From NCBI GenBank assembly GCA_963827235.1, contig CAWHAE010000012.1, positions 1,408,001 to 1,472,000 on the forward strand: a stretch of DNA of 64,000 nt, in the 5' to 3' direction. Source of the stretch: an uncultured bacterium (GTDB lineage Bacteria; Chloroflexota; UBA5177; JANWHV01). The position numbers and the translations under genes were made by a program. Below, one piece after another: positions 1-9,329 of the stretch. The notes under the pieces were generated by a model. It was not told the DNA's origin. It saw only the letters and a list, made by a program, of their open reading frames with translations, and made no database searches. How positions within the stretch are numbered: the stretch's first letter is position 1; each line of letters starts with the position of its first letter.

Positions 1-299
1 TCGACACCGATCGTGCTGCCGGGAAGCGCACGCTGGCCGTGCGTATCGGCCGTGCCGCCACCAGGCGGCAGTACACGCTCTTCCTGCTGATCGCCTACAC
101 CCTGCCGCTGACCTTGCAGATGGGCGGCGCGAGCTCGATTTTCCTGTTCTGGCTCCCGTACCTGACCGCGCCGCGTGCCGTGCGCCTGGCCTGGTTCGTC
201 GAGCACAACCAGGGGCGGGTGCTCAACATGGCCCTGCGCGATACCGCTCAGCTTCACCTGCAGTATGGCATCCTCTTTGCCGCCAGCTTACTCCACTGA
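1..299 (+). CDS. menA: 1,4-dihydroxy-2-naphthoate polyprenyltransferase, 3' part (runs off the window start)
   Basis: The frame from nt 3 reads DTDRAAGKRTLAVRIG, the UbiA/MenA D-x-D-x-x-x-GK-x-TLAV motif, followed by hydrophobic helices; directly upstream of menE. Confidence 0.85.
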   Translation, partial: DTDRAAGKRTLAVRIGRAATRRQYTLFLLIAYTLPLTLQMGGASSIFLFWLPYLTAPRAVRLAWFVEHNQGRVLNMALRDTAQLHLQYGILFAASLLH

Positions 300-321
300 C
301 CTGCCGGGCCAGTGCCTCCAG

Positions 322-1965
322 ATGCATGCCGATCACCTCGCCATTCCTGATTGGCTGTCGCGGCGCGCAGCGGATACGCCGGGGCGGCCGGCGCTCATCG
401 CCGGATCACTCCGCTGGACGTGGAGCGACCTGGAACGGCGCGCCGCCGCCCTGGCCGCGGACCTGGCGGCTACAGGCGTAGGGCGCGGCGACCGGGTGTG
501 CGTTCTGATGGCTAACGGCGCGCACTACGTGGAAGCGGTGCACGCACTGATCCGGCTGCGGGCGGTGCTGGTACCGATCAACGTGCGGCTGGCACGCGAG
601 GAGATGGCCTGGCAAGCGCGGCATTGCGGGGCACGCCTGCTGATCTACGATGCCGCGACGGCCGATCGGGCGGAGATGCTGACGCGCCTGCTGCCCGGCC
701 TGCAAGGACACGCGCTCGTGGACCCTGTCGTCCGATCCGCGACCTCCGTGGCCGGCGCAACCCTTGCAGGTGCAGACTCTGACCTCATCGATCCCGGCGC
801 TCGCTCCGTGACCTTGGCGGCCGTCGCGCCGGCGCCGGCCGCAGCGACACGTGAAGAGCTGGAGCGGATCGATCTCGCCACCGTACACGGCGTGATCTAT
901 ACCTCGGGAACGTCCGGCCGGCCGAAGGGTGTGCTGATCACCTACGGCAATCACTGGTGGAATGCCGTGGGCTCCGCGCTCAACCTGGGACTGCGCGACG
1001 ACGACCGCTGGCTGGCCTGCCTGCCCTTCTTCCACGTCGGCGGCCTGTCCGTCATCATGCGCGGCGTCATCTACGGCATACCCGTCGTCCTGCAGGATGC
1101 GCCTGCCGGGGCGAGCACGCCGGCAGGCTCCTTTGATCCCATGGCGGTGAACCGCGCCATCGAGGAGCGCGGCGCCACGATCGTCTCGGTGGTGGGCACG
1201 ATGCTGTCGCGCATGCTGTCGGCAATGAAAGATCGGGACTATCCGCGGTCACTTCGCTGCGTCCTGCTGGGGGGCGGACCGGCGCCGCGTCCTCTGCTCG
1301 AGGAATGCGCGCGCCGCGGCATACCGGTGATGCAGACGTACGGCCTCACCGAGACCGCTTCGCAGCTCGCCACGCTGGCGCCACCGGAGGCACTGCGCAA
1401 GCTGGGCTCCGCCGGGCGGCCATTGCTGCCCAACGAGCTGAGCATACAGCCCCTGGCAGGCGACGGAGAGGCACACGATCAGAGTCCCGCTGCGACGCCA
1501 GTGGGCGAGATCCTCGTGCGCGGGCCAAGCGTCACCGTCGGGTATCTGCCCGACGACGGCGACCTCGAGATGCCCGTGCCGGCGACGGATGCCGAGGGCT
1601 GGCTGCACACCGGCGACGCCGGCTACCTGGACGACGACGGCTACCTGTACGTGCTCGACCGGCGCGTCGACCTGATCGTCAGCGGCGGCGAAAACGTCTA
1701 TCCGGCGGAAGTGGAGGCGGTGCTGCACACGTACCCGGCTATCGCCGAGGCAGCCGTCTACGGCGTCGCGGACGACGAGTGGGGGCAGCGCGTGGCGGCG
1801 GCGATCGTCGCCCGGCCGGGTGCCCGGATCGGCGTAGAGGACGTGGTCGCTTTCTGCCGCGAACGCCTCGCGGCCTACAAAGTGCCGTCGCAGATCCGCC
1901 TGCTGGACGCGCTGCCGCGGAACGCCGCCGGGAAGCTGCTCAGACGCAATCTGCGAGGGGACTAG
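322..1965 (+). CDS. menE: o-succinylbenzoate--CoA ligase
   Basis: AMP-binding motifs YTSGTSGRPKG, QTYGLTETASQ, WLHTGDAG, SGGENVYPAEVE; MenE-like NHWWNAVGSALNLGL; ATG at 322 just after the menA stop. Confidence 0.88.
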   Translation: MHADHLAIPDWLSRRAADTPGRPALIAGSLRWTWSDLERRAAALAADLAATGVGRGDRVCVLMANGAHYVEAVHALIRLRAVLVPINVRLAREEMAWQARHCGARLLIYDAATADRAEMLTRLLPGLQGHALVDPVVRSATSVAGATLAGADSDLIDPGARSVTLAAVAPAPAAATREELERIDLATVHGVIYTSGTSGRPKGVLITYGNHWWNAVGSALNLGLRDDDRWLACLPFFHVGGLSVIMRGVIYGIPVVLQDAPAGASTPAGSFDPMAVNRAIEERGATIVSVVGTMLSRMLSAMKDRDYPRSLRCVLLGGGPAPRPLLEECARRGIPVMQTYGLTETASQLATLAPPEALRKLGSAGRPLLPNELSIQPLAGDGEAHDQSPAATPVGEILVRGPSVTVGYLPDDGDLEMPVPATDAEGWLHTGDAGYLDDDGYLYVLDRRVDLIVSGGENVYPAEVEAVLHTYPAIAEAAVYGVADDEWGQRVAAAIVARPGARIGVEDVVAFCRERLAAYKVPSQIRLLDALPRNAAGKLLRRNLRGD

Positions 1966-2170
1966 CCCTCCGATCACGCTCTCTCATCCTCAATAAGCGG
2001 ACATACCATGGTCGATAAGCGCGTCGGCCGGAAGCCCGAAACGGGCGGAGGAGCTCCGGTTGCGCGTGCGCCAGCAGCTCAACGTAATGAGCCCGCACGA
2101 ATTCCCCATCACCGAGTTCAGCTATGTAGATAGCGAGACGGGAAGCCGCGAAGTGGTACGAATCGAGTGA

Positions 2171-2512
2171 GGTGCATTTCGCACTGAGGTCGACAACGAG
2201 TGGAGCAATGACCTCTGGTTCGCGGATGCCGGCACCGCCAGCCTGGGTCGCGTCGCTCCGGACGGCACCGTGACGGAGTACCATCTCCCGGCGCTGAAGA
2301 GCGGGGGCATCAGCGGGCCGGAAGCGATCGTCACCGGGACGAGCGGCACGATCTGGTATATCGCCGCCGGGACGAGGCCAAGCGATACGAGCAAGATCCA
2401 GGCTCCGGCCAACGATACGCTGGTCGAGGTCGGCCTTCCCACGACGTTCCCCGCCATATCCAGCACCGCTACACCGGCGCCGCAGTCCACGCCGGGCTCT
2501 TCCACGATCTAG
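2171..2512 (+). pseudogene. C-terminal remnant of a virginiamycin B lyase (Vgb)-like beta-propeller protein
   Basis: The frame reads NDLWFADAGTASLGRVAPDGTVTEYHLP...GPEAIVTGTSGTIWY, about two Vgb-like blades; in-frame TGA at 2168 and no N-terminal part. Confidence 0.5.
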
Positions 2513-2534
2513 GGCGTCCACTCAAAGTAAAGGA

Positions 2535-2601
2535 GCGAGGCATCTCCGCCGAGGCAGACTGGAAGCGTTCGAAGCCCGGTGTGCCCGCGGAGATGCCTCG
2601 C
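2535..2601. terminator. 15-bp perfect inverted repeat between convergent genes
   Basis: GCGAGGCATCTCCGC (2535-2549) / GCGGAGATGCCTCGC (2587-2601), 37-nt spacer, just past the narI stop; no U-tract. Confidence 0.5.
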
Positions 2602-2627
2602 ATTGCCAAAGCGAGCTGCCGGGGCAG

Positions 2628-3359
2628 TCAGATCGACGTGCTATCCCGGGCACTGCCCACGCGTGCCCGGCCACGGCTGCCGCCGCGGGCACGATAGAGA
2701 ATGAATGTCCGGCCGACGTAGGTCACGGGTATGCTCCAGGCGTGCACCAGGCGGCTGAACGGCCAGATCGCGACCAGGGCCCAGGCGAGCAGCGCGTGCA
2801 GCTTGTACACCAGGGGAGCGGAAGCCATCAAGCCGGCATGCGGATCGAAGGTGAACAGGCCGCGGAACCACAGCGCCACGGTGGCGCGATAGTCGTAGCC
2901 TCCGCCCACGAGATTGACTCCTACCGTCTCGCCCATGCCCAGGCCGATCATGCCCGCCAGCAGAATGTACGTCGCCACGTCCGTGCGCGTGGTGGTGGCC
3001 GCCACGCGCGCGTTGGTGATACGCCGGTAGATCAAGATGGCCAGACCGGCCACGCATGCCGTCCCGGCCGCGGTGCCGGCACCGGCGGAGACCGCGTGAT
3101 AGAGATCCTCGGAGACGCCGGCTCGCGCGGTGAGGCTTTCCGGCACCAGCAATCCCAGCACGTGACCGCCGATGGCCGCCAGGGCGCCGAAATGGAACAG
3201 GTTGCTGCCCCAGAAGAGCTGGCGGCGCTCCAGCAGCTGGGTCGAGCGCGTCGTCCAGGTAAACTGGTCGCGCCGATAGCGCCAGACGTGACCAACCACG
3301 AAGACGGCGATGCTCGCATAGGGCAGGAACACCCAGAGAAAGAGATCGCCGGCGCTCAT
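2628..3359 (-). CDS. narI: respiratory nitrate reductase gamma subunit (cytochrome b)
   Basis: FLWVFLPY...RYRRDQFTWTTRSTQLLE, GSNLFHFG, WPFSRLVHAWSIP; the start ATG overlaps the narJ stop (ATGA). Confidence 0.95.
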   Translation of the reverse strand: MSAGDLFLWVFLPYASIAVFVVGHVWRYRRDQFTWTTRSTQLLERRQLFWGSNLFHFGALAAIGGHVLGLLVPESLTARAGVSEDLYHAVSAGAGTAAGTACVAGLAILIYRRITNARVAATTTRTDVATYILLAGMIGLGMGETVGVNLVGGGYDYRATVALWFRGLFTFDPHAGLMASAPLVYKLHALLAWALVAIWPFSRLVHAWSIPVTYVGRTFILYRARGGSRGRARVGSARDSTSI

Positions 3360-3994
3360 GCTCGTCGCCCGCCCGTGATCGGCATCACCTCCGGCGGCGC
3401 GAACGGCTCGAGCCCCACGTCCTCGGTGGGCGGGCCATCGGCCAACCTCGCCGCCACCGCCGCGCGATCCTCGCCGGTGAGCGGCGGCGCGATGGCGCAC
3501 AGCGCCTCCAGCAGGCGGCAGTACGGAGAATCCGGCCTCAGTCCAAGGCGCAGCAGCTCGATGGCCGCCCGCTGCTCGCGCAGCAGGCGCTCGCCGTAGC
3601 CCACGGGAGCCAGGGCGCAGAACTCGAGGAGCACCGGCAGGTAATCGGGCATCTCCCCCTCGCGCAGGGGAAGGCCGGCCGCGGCGTAGGCGCGCTTGAG
3701 GCGCAACAACGCCGGCCCGCGCTGCCGCAGATCGCCGTACCGGTAGTAGGTCAGGTGCAGGCTGACGCGCTTCTGGAAGTCGAAGGCGCGCACGTACTCC
3801 TGCTGCAGCGCCACGAGCCCGTGGGACTGCCAGTATTCGGCGAGCGAGGCGACGGCCGCGGCATACGGCGAGGGCGGCAGCTCGCCCAGCAGCGCGGCGA
3901 TGTCCTGCTCGAGCCGCGCCAGGCCGTCATCCGGATACTGCAACAGCACTGACAGCAGCTTGAGCTGCGTGGAGAGCGGCGACGTGGCGCTCAT
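3356..3994 (-). CDS. narJ: nitrate reductase molybdenum cofactor assembly chaperone
   Basis: LLSVLLQYPD, LQQEYVRAFDF, SLHLTYYRYGDLRQRG, EMPDYLPVLLEF; lies between narH and narI with overlapping start/stop codons. Confidence 0.93.
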   Translation of the reverse strand: MSATSPLSTQLKLLSVLLQYPDDGLARLEQDIAALLGELPPSPYAAAVASLAEYWQSHGLVALQQEYVRAFDFQKRVSLHLTYYRYGDLRQRGPALLRLKRAYAAAGLPLREGEMPDYLPVLLEFCALAPVGYGERLLREQRAAIELLRLGLRPDSPYCRLLEALCAIAPPLTGEDRAAVAARLADGPPTEDVGLEPFAPPEVMPITGGRRA

Positions 3995-5601
3995 GGTGTC
4001 GCGTCTTCCTTGAACATGGGCAGCGGCGAGAACGGCACGCGACCGGGTGTTAGCGGGTTGGCCGCCGACCGGGCAGCGTGGCCGTCGTGCGTCGCCGTGG
4101 CACGCGGATGGAATGCCCCGGGGTCCGGCTGCACGGCGCGGTCGCCGGGACCGCCGGCGAAGGTCAGGCCGCACGATCCCTGTAGCCCGGCGAGCTCGCG
4201 CGCCAGCTCGGCATGCGCCAGGGGAATCACGAAGCGCTCGTCGTAGCGCGCGAGGGCCAGCAGCCGGTACATCTCCTGCATGGCCTCCGGACTCATGCCA
4301 ACCTCGGCGGCGATCGATGCATCGGCCGACCCGCCCATCTGCAGCTCACGCATGTAGCGGCGCATCGCCGCCAGGCGCTTGAGCACGCGGCGGATCACGC
4401 TCGCATCGCCGGCCGACAGCAGATTGGCCAGGAACTGGACGGGAATGCGCAGACTGTCGATCGCGGGAAACACGTCGTCGGCACCGGCTGCCGAGCCTAG
4501 CCCTTCGACCAGGCTCATCACCGGCGAGAGCGGCGGCACGTACCAGACCATCGGCAGCGTGCGGTACTCCGGATGCAGGGGCAACGCAATCCCGTGCTTG
4601 CAGGCCAGGGCGTAGACCGGCGATCGCCTCGCCGCGGCAACCCAGTCCTCCGGGATGCCCGCGGCCCGCGCCCCGGCCTGCACGCGCGGATCATCGGGGT
4701 CGAGGAAGACATCGAGCTGGGCCTGCAGCAGTGCGCGCTCGTCATGCGCCGAGGCGGCAGCCTTCACGGCATCGGCATCGTAGAGCACGACGCCTAGATA
4801 GCGGATGCGGCCGACGCAGGTTTCGGAGCAGATGGTAGGTTGCCCGGCCTCGATGCGTGGGTAGCACAGCGTGCACTTTTCGGCCTTGCCGGTCTGCCAG
4901 TTGAAGTAGACCTTCTTGTACGGGCAGCTCGACACGCACATGCGCCAGCCGCGGCACTGCTGTTGATCGACGAGCACGATGCCGTCCTCTTCCCGCTTGT
5001 ACATGGCGCCGGATGGGCAGGCGGCCACGCAGGCCGGATTGAGGCAGTGCTCGCAGATACGCGGCAGGTACATCATAAACACCTGCTCGTACTCCATGCG
5101 CACGGCATCTTCCTGCTCGGTGGAGAAGTTGGGGTCCAGCCGTCCGGTGCGCGGAGCGCCGGCCAGGTCGTCCTCCCAATTCGGTCCCCAGGAGATGTCC
5201 ATCGGCCTCCCGGTCACCTGCGAGATCGGCCGTGCCACGGGCTGGTGCTCGGCCGGACCAGAGATGGTCAGGTGCGCGTAGTCGTAGGTCCAGGGCTCGT
5301 AGTAGTCGTCCATCTCCGGCAGGTCCGGATTGTGGAAAATGGTCAGCAGCTTCTTCAGCCTGCTGCCCGAGCGCAGCTCGAGATCGCTTCTGCGGTTCAG
5401 CTTCCAGCCGCCGTGCCAGCGATCCTGATCTTCCCACCGCTTCGGATAGCCGATGCCCGGCTTGGTCTCCACGTCGTTGAACCACATGTACTCGGCGCCG
5501 CGGCGATTGGTCCACACGTTCTTGCAGGTGACGGAGCAGGTGTGGCAGCCGATGCACTTGTCCAGGTTCATGACCATGCCGATCTGCGCCTTGACCTGCA
5601 T
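3991..5601 (-). CDS. narH: respiratory nitrate reductase beta subunit (Fe-S)
   Basis: MQVKAQIGMVMNLDKCIGCHTCSVTCKNVW, PRICEHCLNPACVAACPSGAMYKREEDG; the start overlaps the narG stop. Confidence 0.97.
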   Translation of the reverse strand: MQVKAQIGMVMNLDKCIGCHTCSVTCKNVWTNRRGAEYMWFNDVETKPGIGYPKRWEDQDRWHGGWKLNRRSDLELRSGSRLKKLLTIFHNPDLPEMDDYYEPWTYDYAHLTISGPAEHQPVARPISQVTGRPMDISWGPNWEDDLAGAPRTGRLDPNFSTEQEDAVRMEYEQVFMMYLPRICEHCLNPACVAACPSGAMYKREEDGIVLVDQQQCRGWRMCVSSCPYKKVYFNWQTGKAEKCTLCYPRIEAGQPTICSETCVGRIRYLGVVLYDADAVKAAASAHDERALLQAQLDVFLDPDDPRVQAGARAAGIPEDWVAAARRSPVYALACKHGIALPLHPEYRTLPMVWYVPPLSPVMSLVEGLGSAAGADDVFPAIDSLRIPVQFLANLLSAGDASVIRRVLKRLAAMRRYMRELQMGGSADASIAAEVGMSPEAMQEMYRLLALARYDERFVIPLAHAELARELAGLQGSCGLTFAGGPGDRAVQPDPGAFHPRATATHDGHAARSAANPLTPGRVPFSPLPMFKEDATP

Positions 5602-8600
5602 CAGTACACCACTTCCTGCTGCCGCTTGCGGATCACCGTGAGCTCGTCGCGCTGCGTGCCGGTCGGCCCGTAGTAGTTGAAGCCGTAGGAAAGCTGCGCG
5701 TAGCCACCTATCATGTGCGTCGGCTTGACGTAGATCTTGGTCAGCGAGTTGTCGGTTCCGCCCCTGGTACCGGAGAGCTCCGTGCGCGGCACGTTCACGT
5801 GCCTGTCCTGCGCGTGATACATGATCGCCGTGCCTGCCGGCACGCGGTGCGAGACCACGGCGCGGCAGGCGACCACGCCGTTCTTGTTGAAGGCTTCGAT
5901 CCAGTCGTTGTCCTCGACGCCGGTCCGCCGCGCGTCCTCCACGCTCATCCAGATCACGGGACCACCCCGGAACAGGGTGAGCATGTGCAGGTTGTCCTGG
6001 TACTCGGAGTGAATCGACCACTTCGAGTGAGGCGTCAGGTAGCGCACCGTGACCTCGGCTCGTCCGGCCTCTCCCGTACCCAGGGGACCAAGGTGGCGTG
6101 GCAGATTGAGCGGCGGCCTGTAGACCGGCAGCCCCTCGCCGTACTCCATGATCCATTGGTGGTCGACGTAGAACTGCTGGCGGCCGGTCAGCGTCCGCCA
6201 GGGTACCGAGCGCTCTACGTTGACCGTGAACGGCGAATAGCGCCGATCGCCGCGCTCGATCCCCGACCATTCGGCAGAGGTAATGGCTTTGCGCGGCTGT
6301 ACCTGCAGGTCGGCGAAGGTCAGCTGCTCGTGTCCCCGGTCGGAGGCCAGATCCACCAGAGCGGTACCCGTGCGCTGCTCCAGTGCGGCGAAGCCGGCCA
6401 CGGCCAGCCGCCCGTTACTGGTGCCCGAGAGGGCCAGGATCGCCTCGCAAACGTGCTCGGCGCGCTCCAGGGCGGGCCGCCCGGTGCCGGCGCCGCTTGG
6501 CACGATACCGTTGCGCAGGCGCAGATAGTCGATTTCCCGGTCAGGCTTCCACGATATCCCTTTCGTGCCCGTTCCCAGTGTCTCCACCAGCGGGCCGAGG
6601 GCGTGCATCTTCTCCGCCACGGCGCCATAGTCGCGCTCGACCTGGATCAGCTTCGGCATGGTCCGGCCGGGGACCGGAGCACACTCGCCTCTCCGCCAAT
6701 CAAGCACCCGGCCGAGCGGCTGCGCCAGCTCATCCGGCGAATCGTGGAGCAGCGGCGCCGCGATCAGGTCTGCGCGGACGCCAAGCTCCTCGCGAGCCAG
6801 GTCCGAGAACGCACGGGCAATAGCGGCGAAGATATCCCAGTCGGTACGCGTCTCCCAGGGCGGCGAGATAGCCGGATTGAAGGAGTGCAGGAAGGGATGC
6901 ATGTCGGTCGACGAGATATCGTATTTCTCGTACCAGGTGGCGGCAGGCAGCACGACGTCGGAGTAGAGGCAGGAGCCCGTCATGCGGAAGTCCAGGGTGG
7001 TGAGCAGATCGAGCTTGCCTTGGGGCGCCTGCTCGTGCCAGACCACGTCGCGCGGGCGGCCCTCCGGCGGCTGCTCGCCGGCCCGTACCGCCGCGTTCTC
7101 TACCCCCAAGAGGTGTTTGAGGAAGTACTCGTGGCCCTTGCTCGACGAGCCGAGCAGGTTGCCGCGCCACAACGTGAGCACTCGCGGGAAGTTCTCGGGA
7201 GCATCTGGATCCTCGGCCGCGAAGCGCAGGCGGCCTGCCTGCAGCTCCTGCACGATGTAGTCGGCGGCGGGAAGCCCGGCCTGTACCGCCTCGTCCGCCA
7301 GATCCAGCGGATTGCGGTTGAAGCTCGGGAACGAGGGCAGCCATCCCAGCCGCGCCGCCTGCGCGTTGCAATCGGCGAAATGCATGCCCTCGAACGTTCC
7401 CCGGCCGAGCGGCGACGCGAGGTCGGCCGGGCCGAGCTGCTCGTAGCGCCACTGATCGGTAGCCAGGTACCAGAACGGCGTGGTGGCCTGGTGGCGCGTC
7501 GGCCGCACCCAGTCCGCGGCGAAGGCTACCTGCGACCATCCCGTCACCGGCCGAACCTTCTCCTGCCCGACGTAGTGAGCCCAGCCGCCTCCGTTCACGC
7601 CCTGGCAACCGCACAGCACGACCAGGGCCAGCATGGCGCGATAGATCTGATCCGAGTGGTACCAGTGGTTGGTGCCGGCGCCCATCACGATCATCGAGCG
7701 GCCGTTCGTGCGCTCCGCGTTGCGCGCGAACTCCCTGGCAATGCGCGTTACCAGAGCGGCGTCAACGCCCGTGATCTCCTGTTGCCAGGTAGGAGTGTAC
7801 GGCGACGGATCGTCGTAACTCGACGGCCAGTCGCCAGGCAGATCCGGCCGTCCGACGCCGTACTGGGCCAGAAGCAGGTCATACACCGTAGTGACCAGCT
7901 GCGAGCCGATCTGCTTGACCGGGACGCCGCGCCGGTGGATGCCACCACCCTCGCTCTCGCCGCGGTCGAAGCGCGGCAGGTCGATCGGCACCAGCGCGTC
8001 GTGCCTGCCATACAGGGTCAGGGCCGGGTCCGCCTCGCCGGGATCCAGGTTCCAGCGCCCGGCCCCTTGCTCGCCCCAACGAAAGCCGATCGAGCCGTTC
8101 GGCACCACCGGCCGCTCGCCGGCCACATCGTAGACGACGGTCTTCCACTCGGCATGCTCGGCAGCATCGCCCAGATCCGAGGTGCGCAGAAAGCGGTCGG
8201 GCACGAAGGCATCGCCTCGCGCGCGCATTGTCACCAGGCAGGGCAGGTCGGTGAATCTCCTCACGTAGTCGTGGAAGTATGGCGTCTGGCGGTCGACGAA
8301 GAACTCCTTGAGGATCACGTGTCCCATGGCCATGGCCAGGGCGCCGTCGGTACCGGGCTGAGCCGGAAGCCAGTGGTCGGCGAACTTCACGTGTGCCGAG
8401 TAGTCCGGCGAGACGACCACCACCTTCTGGCCCTTGTAGCGGGCCTCGGTCATGAAATGGGCGTCGGGCGTGCGAGTGATCGGTACGTTCGAGCCCCACA
8501 GCATCAAGTACGTGCAGTTCCACCAGTCCGCGGACTCCGGCACGTCCGTCTGGTCGCCCCACATCTGCGGCGAGGCCGGCGGCAGATCGGCGTACCAATC

Positions 8601-9263
8601 GTAGAAGCTGAGCACCAGGCCGCCGATCAGAGAGTAGAACCGGGTGCCTGCCGTGTATGAAACCATGGACATGGCGGGTATCGGCGAGAAGCCAGCCACG
8701 CGATCGGGTCCGTAGCGCCGGATCGTGTACACGTGCGCGGCGGCAACGAGCTCGGCAGCCTCGCCCCACGACGCGCGAACGAAGCCGCCCTTGCCGCGCT
8801 GTGACTTGTACCGGCGAGCCTTCACGGGGTCCTCCACGATCGAGGCCCAGGCTGCCACCGGGTTGTCCGTTCGGGCACGTGCCTCCCGGTACAGCTCGAT
8901 CAGCGAGCCGCGCACGTAGGGGTACTTCACGCGCAGGGGCGAGTACGTGTACCAGGAGAAGGACGCACCGCGCGGGCAGCCGCGCGGCTCGTACTCCGGC
9001 ACGTCCGGGCCATTCGAGGGATAGTCGGTCTGCTGCGTCTCCCAGGTGATGATCCCGTCCTTGACGTAGACCTTCCACGAGCAGGAGCCCGTGCAATTCA
9101 CACCGTGGGTAGAGCGCACGATCTTGTCATGCTGCCAGCGCTGGCGATAGAACGACTCCCACTCCCTGCCTTGGGTGGTCAGCTCGCTCCACTCGCTCTC
9201 CGAGCGTTCGCCGCGGTCGAAGAACCGCGGTACGTGCAGCCAGGGCTTCGTCGTCTCCGGCAT
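5601..9263 (-). CDS. narG: respiratory nitrate reductase alpha subunit
   Basis: 1220 aa; RSTHGVNCTGSCSW (FS0 ligands), YEPRGCPRGASFSWY, SFYDWYADLP, C-terminal GGYAQLSYGFNYYG; no Tat signal. Confidence 0.98.
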   Translation of the reverse strand: MPETTKPWLHVPRFFDRGERSESEWSELTTQGREWESFYRQRWQHDKIVRSTHGVNCTGSCSWKVYVKDGIITWETQQTDYPSNGPDVPEYEPRGCPRGASFSWYTYSPLRVKYPYVRGSLIELYREARARTDNPVAAWASIVEDPVKARRYKSQRGKGGFVRASWGEAAELVAAAHVYTIRRYGPDRVAGFSPIPAMSMVSYTAGTRFYSLIGGLVLSFYDWYADLPPASPQMWGDQTDVPESADWWNCTYLMLWGSNVPITRTPDAHFMTEARYKGQKVVVVSPDYSAHVKFADHWLPAQPGTDGALAMAMGHVILKEFFVDRQTPYFHDYVRRFTDLPCLVTMRARGDAFVPDRFLRTSDLGDAAEHAEWKTVVYDVAGERPVVPNGSIGFRWGEQGAGRWNLDPGEADPALTLYGRHDALVPIDLPRFDRGESEGGGIHRRGVPVKQIGSQLVTTVYDLLLAQYGVGRPDLPGDWPSSYDDPSPYTPTWQQEITGVDAALVTRIAREFARNAERTNGRSMIVMGAGTNHWYHSDQIYRAMLALVVLCGCQGVNGGGWAHYVGQEKVRPVTGWSQVAFAADWVRPTRHQATTPFWYLATDQWRYEQLGPADLASPLGRGTFEGMHFADCNAQAARLGWLPSFPSFNRNPLDLADEAVQAGLPAADYIVQELQAGRLRFAAEDPDAPENFPRVLTLWRGNLLGSSSKGHEYFLKHLLGVENAAVRAGEQPPEGRPRDVVWHEQAPQGKLDLLTTLDFRMTGSCLYSDVVLPAATWYEKYDISSTDMHPFLHSFNPAISPPWETRTDWDIFAAIARAFSDLAREELGVRADLIAAPLLHDSPDELAQPLGRVLDWRRGECAPVPGRTMPKLIQVERDYGAVAEKMHALGPLVETLGTGTKGISWKPDREIDYLRLRNGIVPSGAGTGRPALERAEHVCEAILALSGTSNGRLAVAGFAALEQRTGTALVDLASDRGHEQLTFADLQVQPRKAITSAEWSGIERGDRRYSPFTVNVERSVPWRTLTGRQQFYVDHQWIMEYGEGLPVYRPPLNLPRHLGPLGTGEAGRAEVTVRYLTPHSKWSIHSEYQDNLHMLTLFRGGPVIWMSVEDARRTGVEDNDWIEAFNKNGVVACRAVVSHRVPAGTAIMYHAQDRHVNVPRTELSGTRGGTDNSLTKIYVKPTHMIGGYAQLSYGFNYYGPTGTQRDELTVIRKRQQEVVY

Positions 9264-9329
9264 GGCAGGATCCTCTTGCTAGGGCATAGCGCCGGCTGAT
9301 GCGCTCCCGCCGGTGCTTGCGCGGTCGAC

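Noticed and set aside
3356-6270. Long N-terminal extensions of the narI, narJ and narH ORFs in the track
   Set aside because: They overlap the upstream genes; internal ATGs at 3359, 3994 and 5601 give coupled start/stop junctions and expected lengths.
5715-8660. 981-aa plus-strand ORF
   Set aside because: Antisense shadow of narG; stop-free because of high-GC codon bias; no motifs.
5601-9263. Nitrite oxidoreductase (NxrA) instead of NarG
   Set aside because: The narK-narGHJI order with NarI and an Fnr-type box favours a respiratory nitrate reductase; only a phylogeny would exclude it fully.
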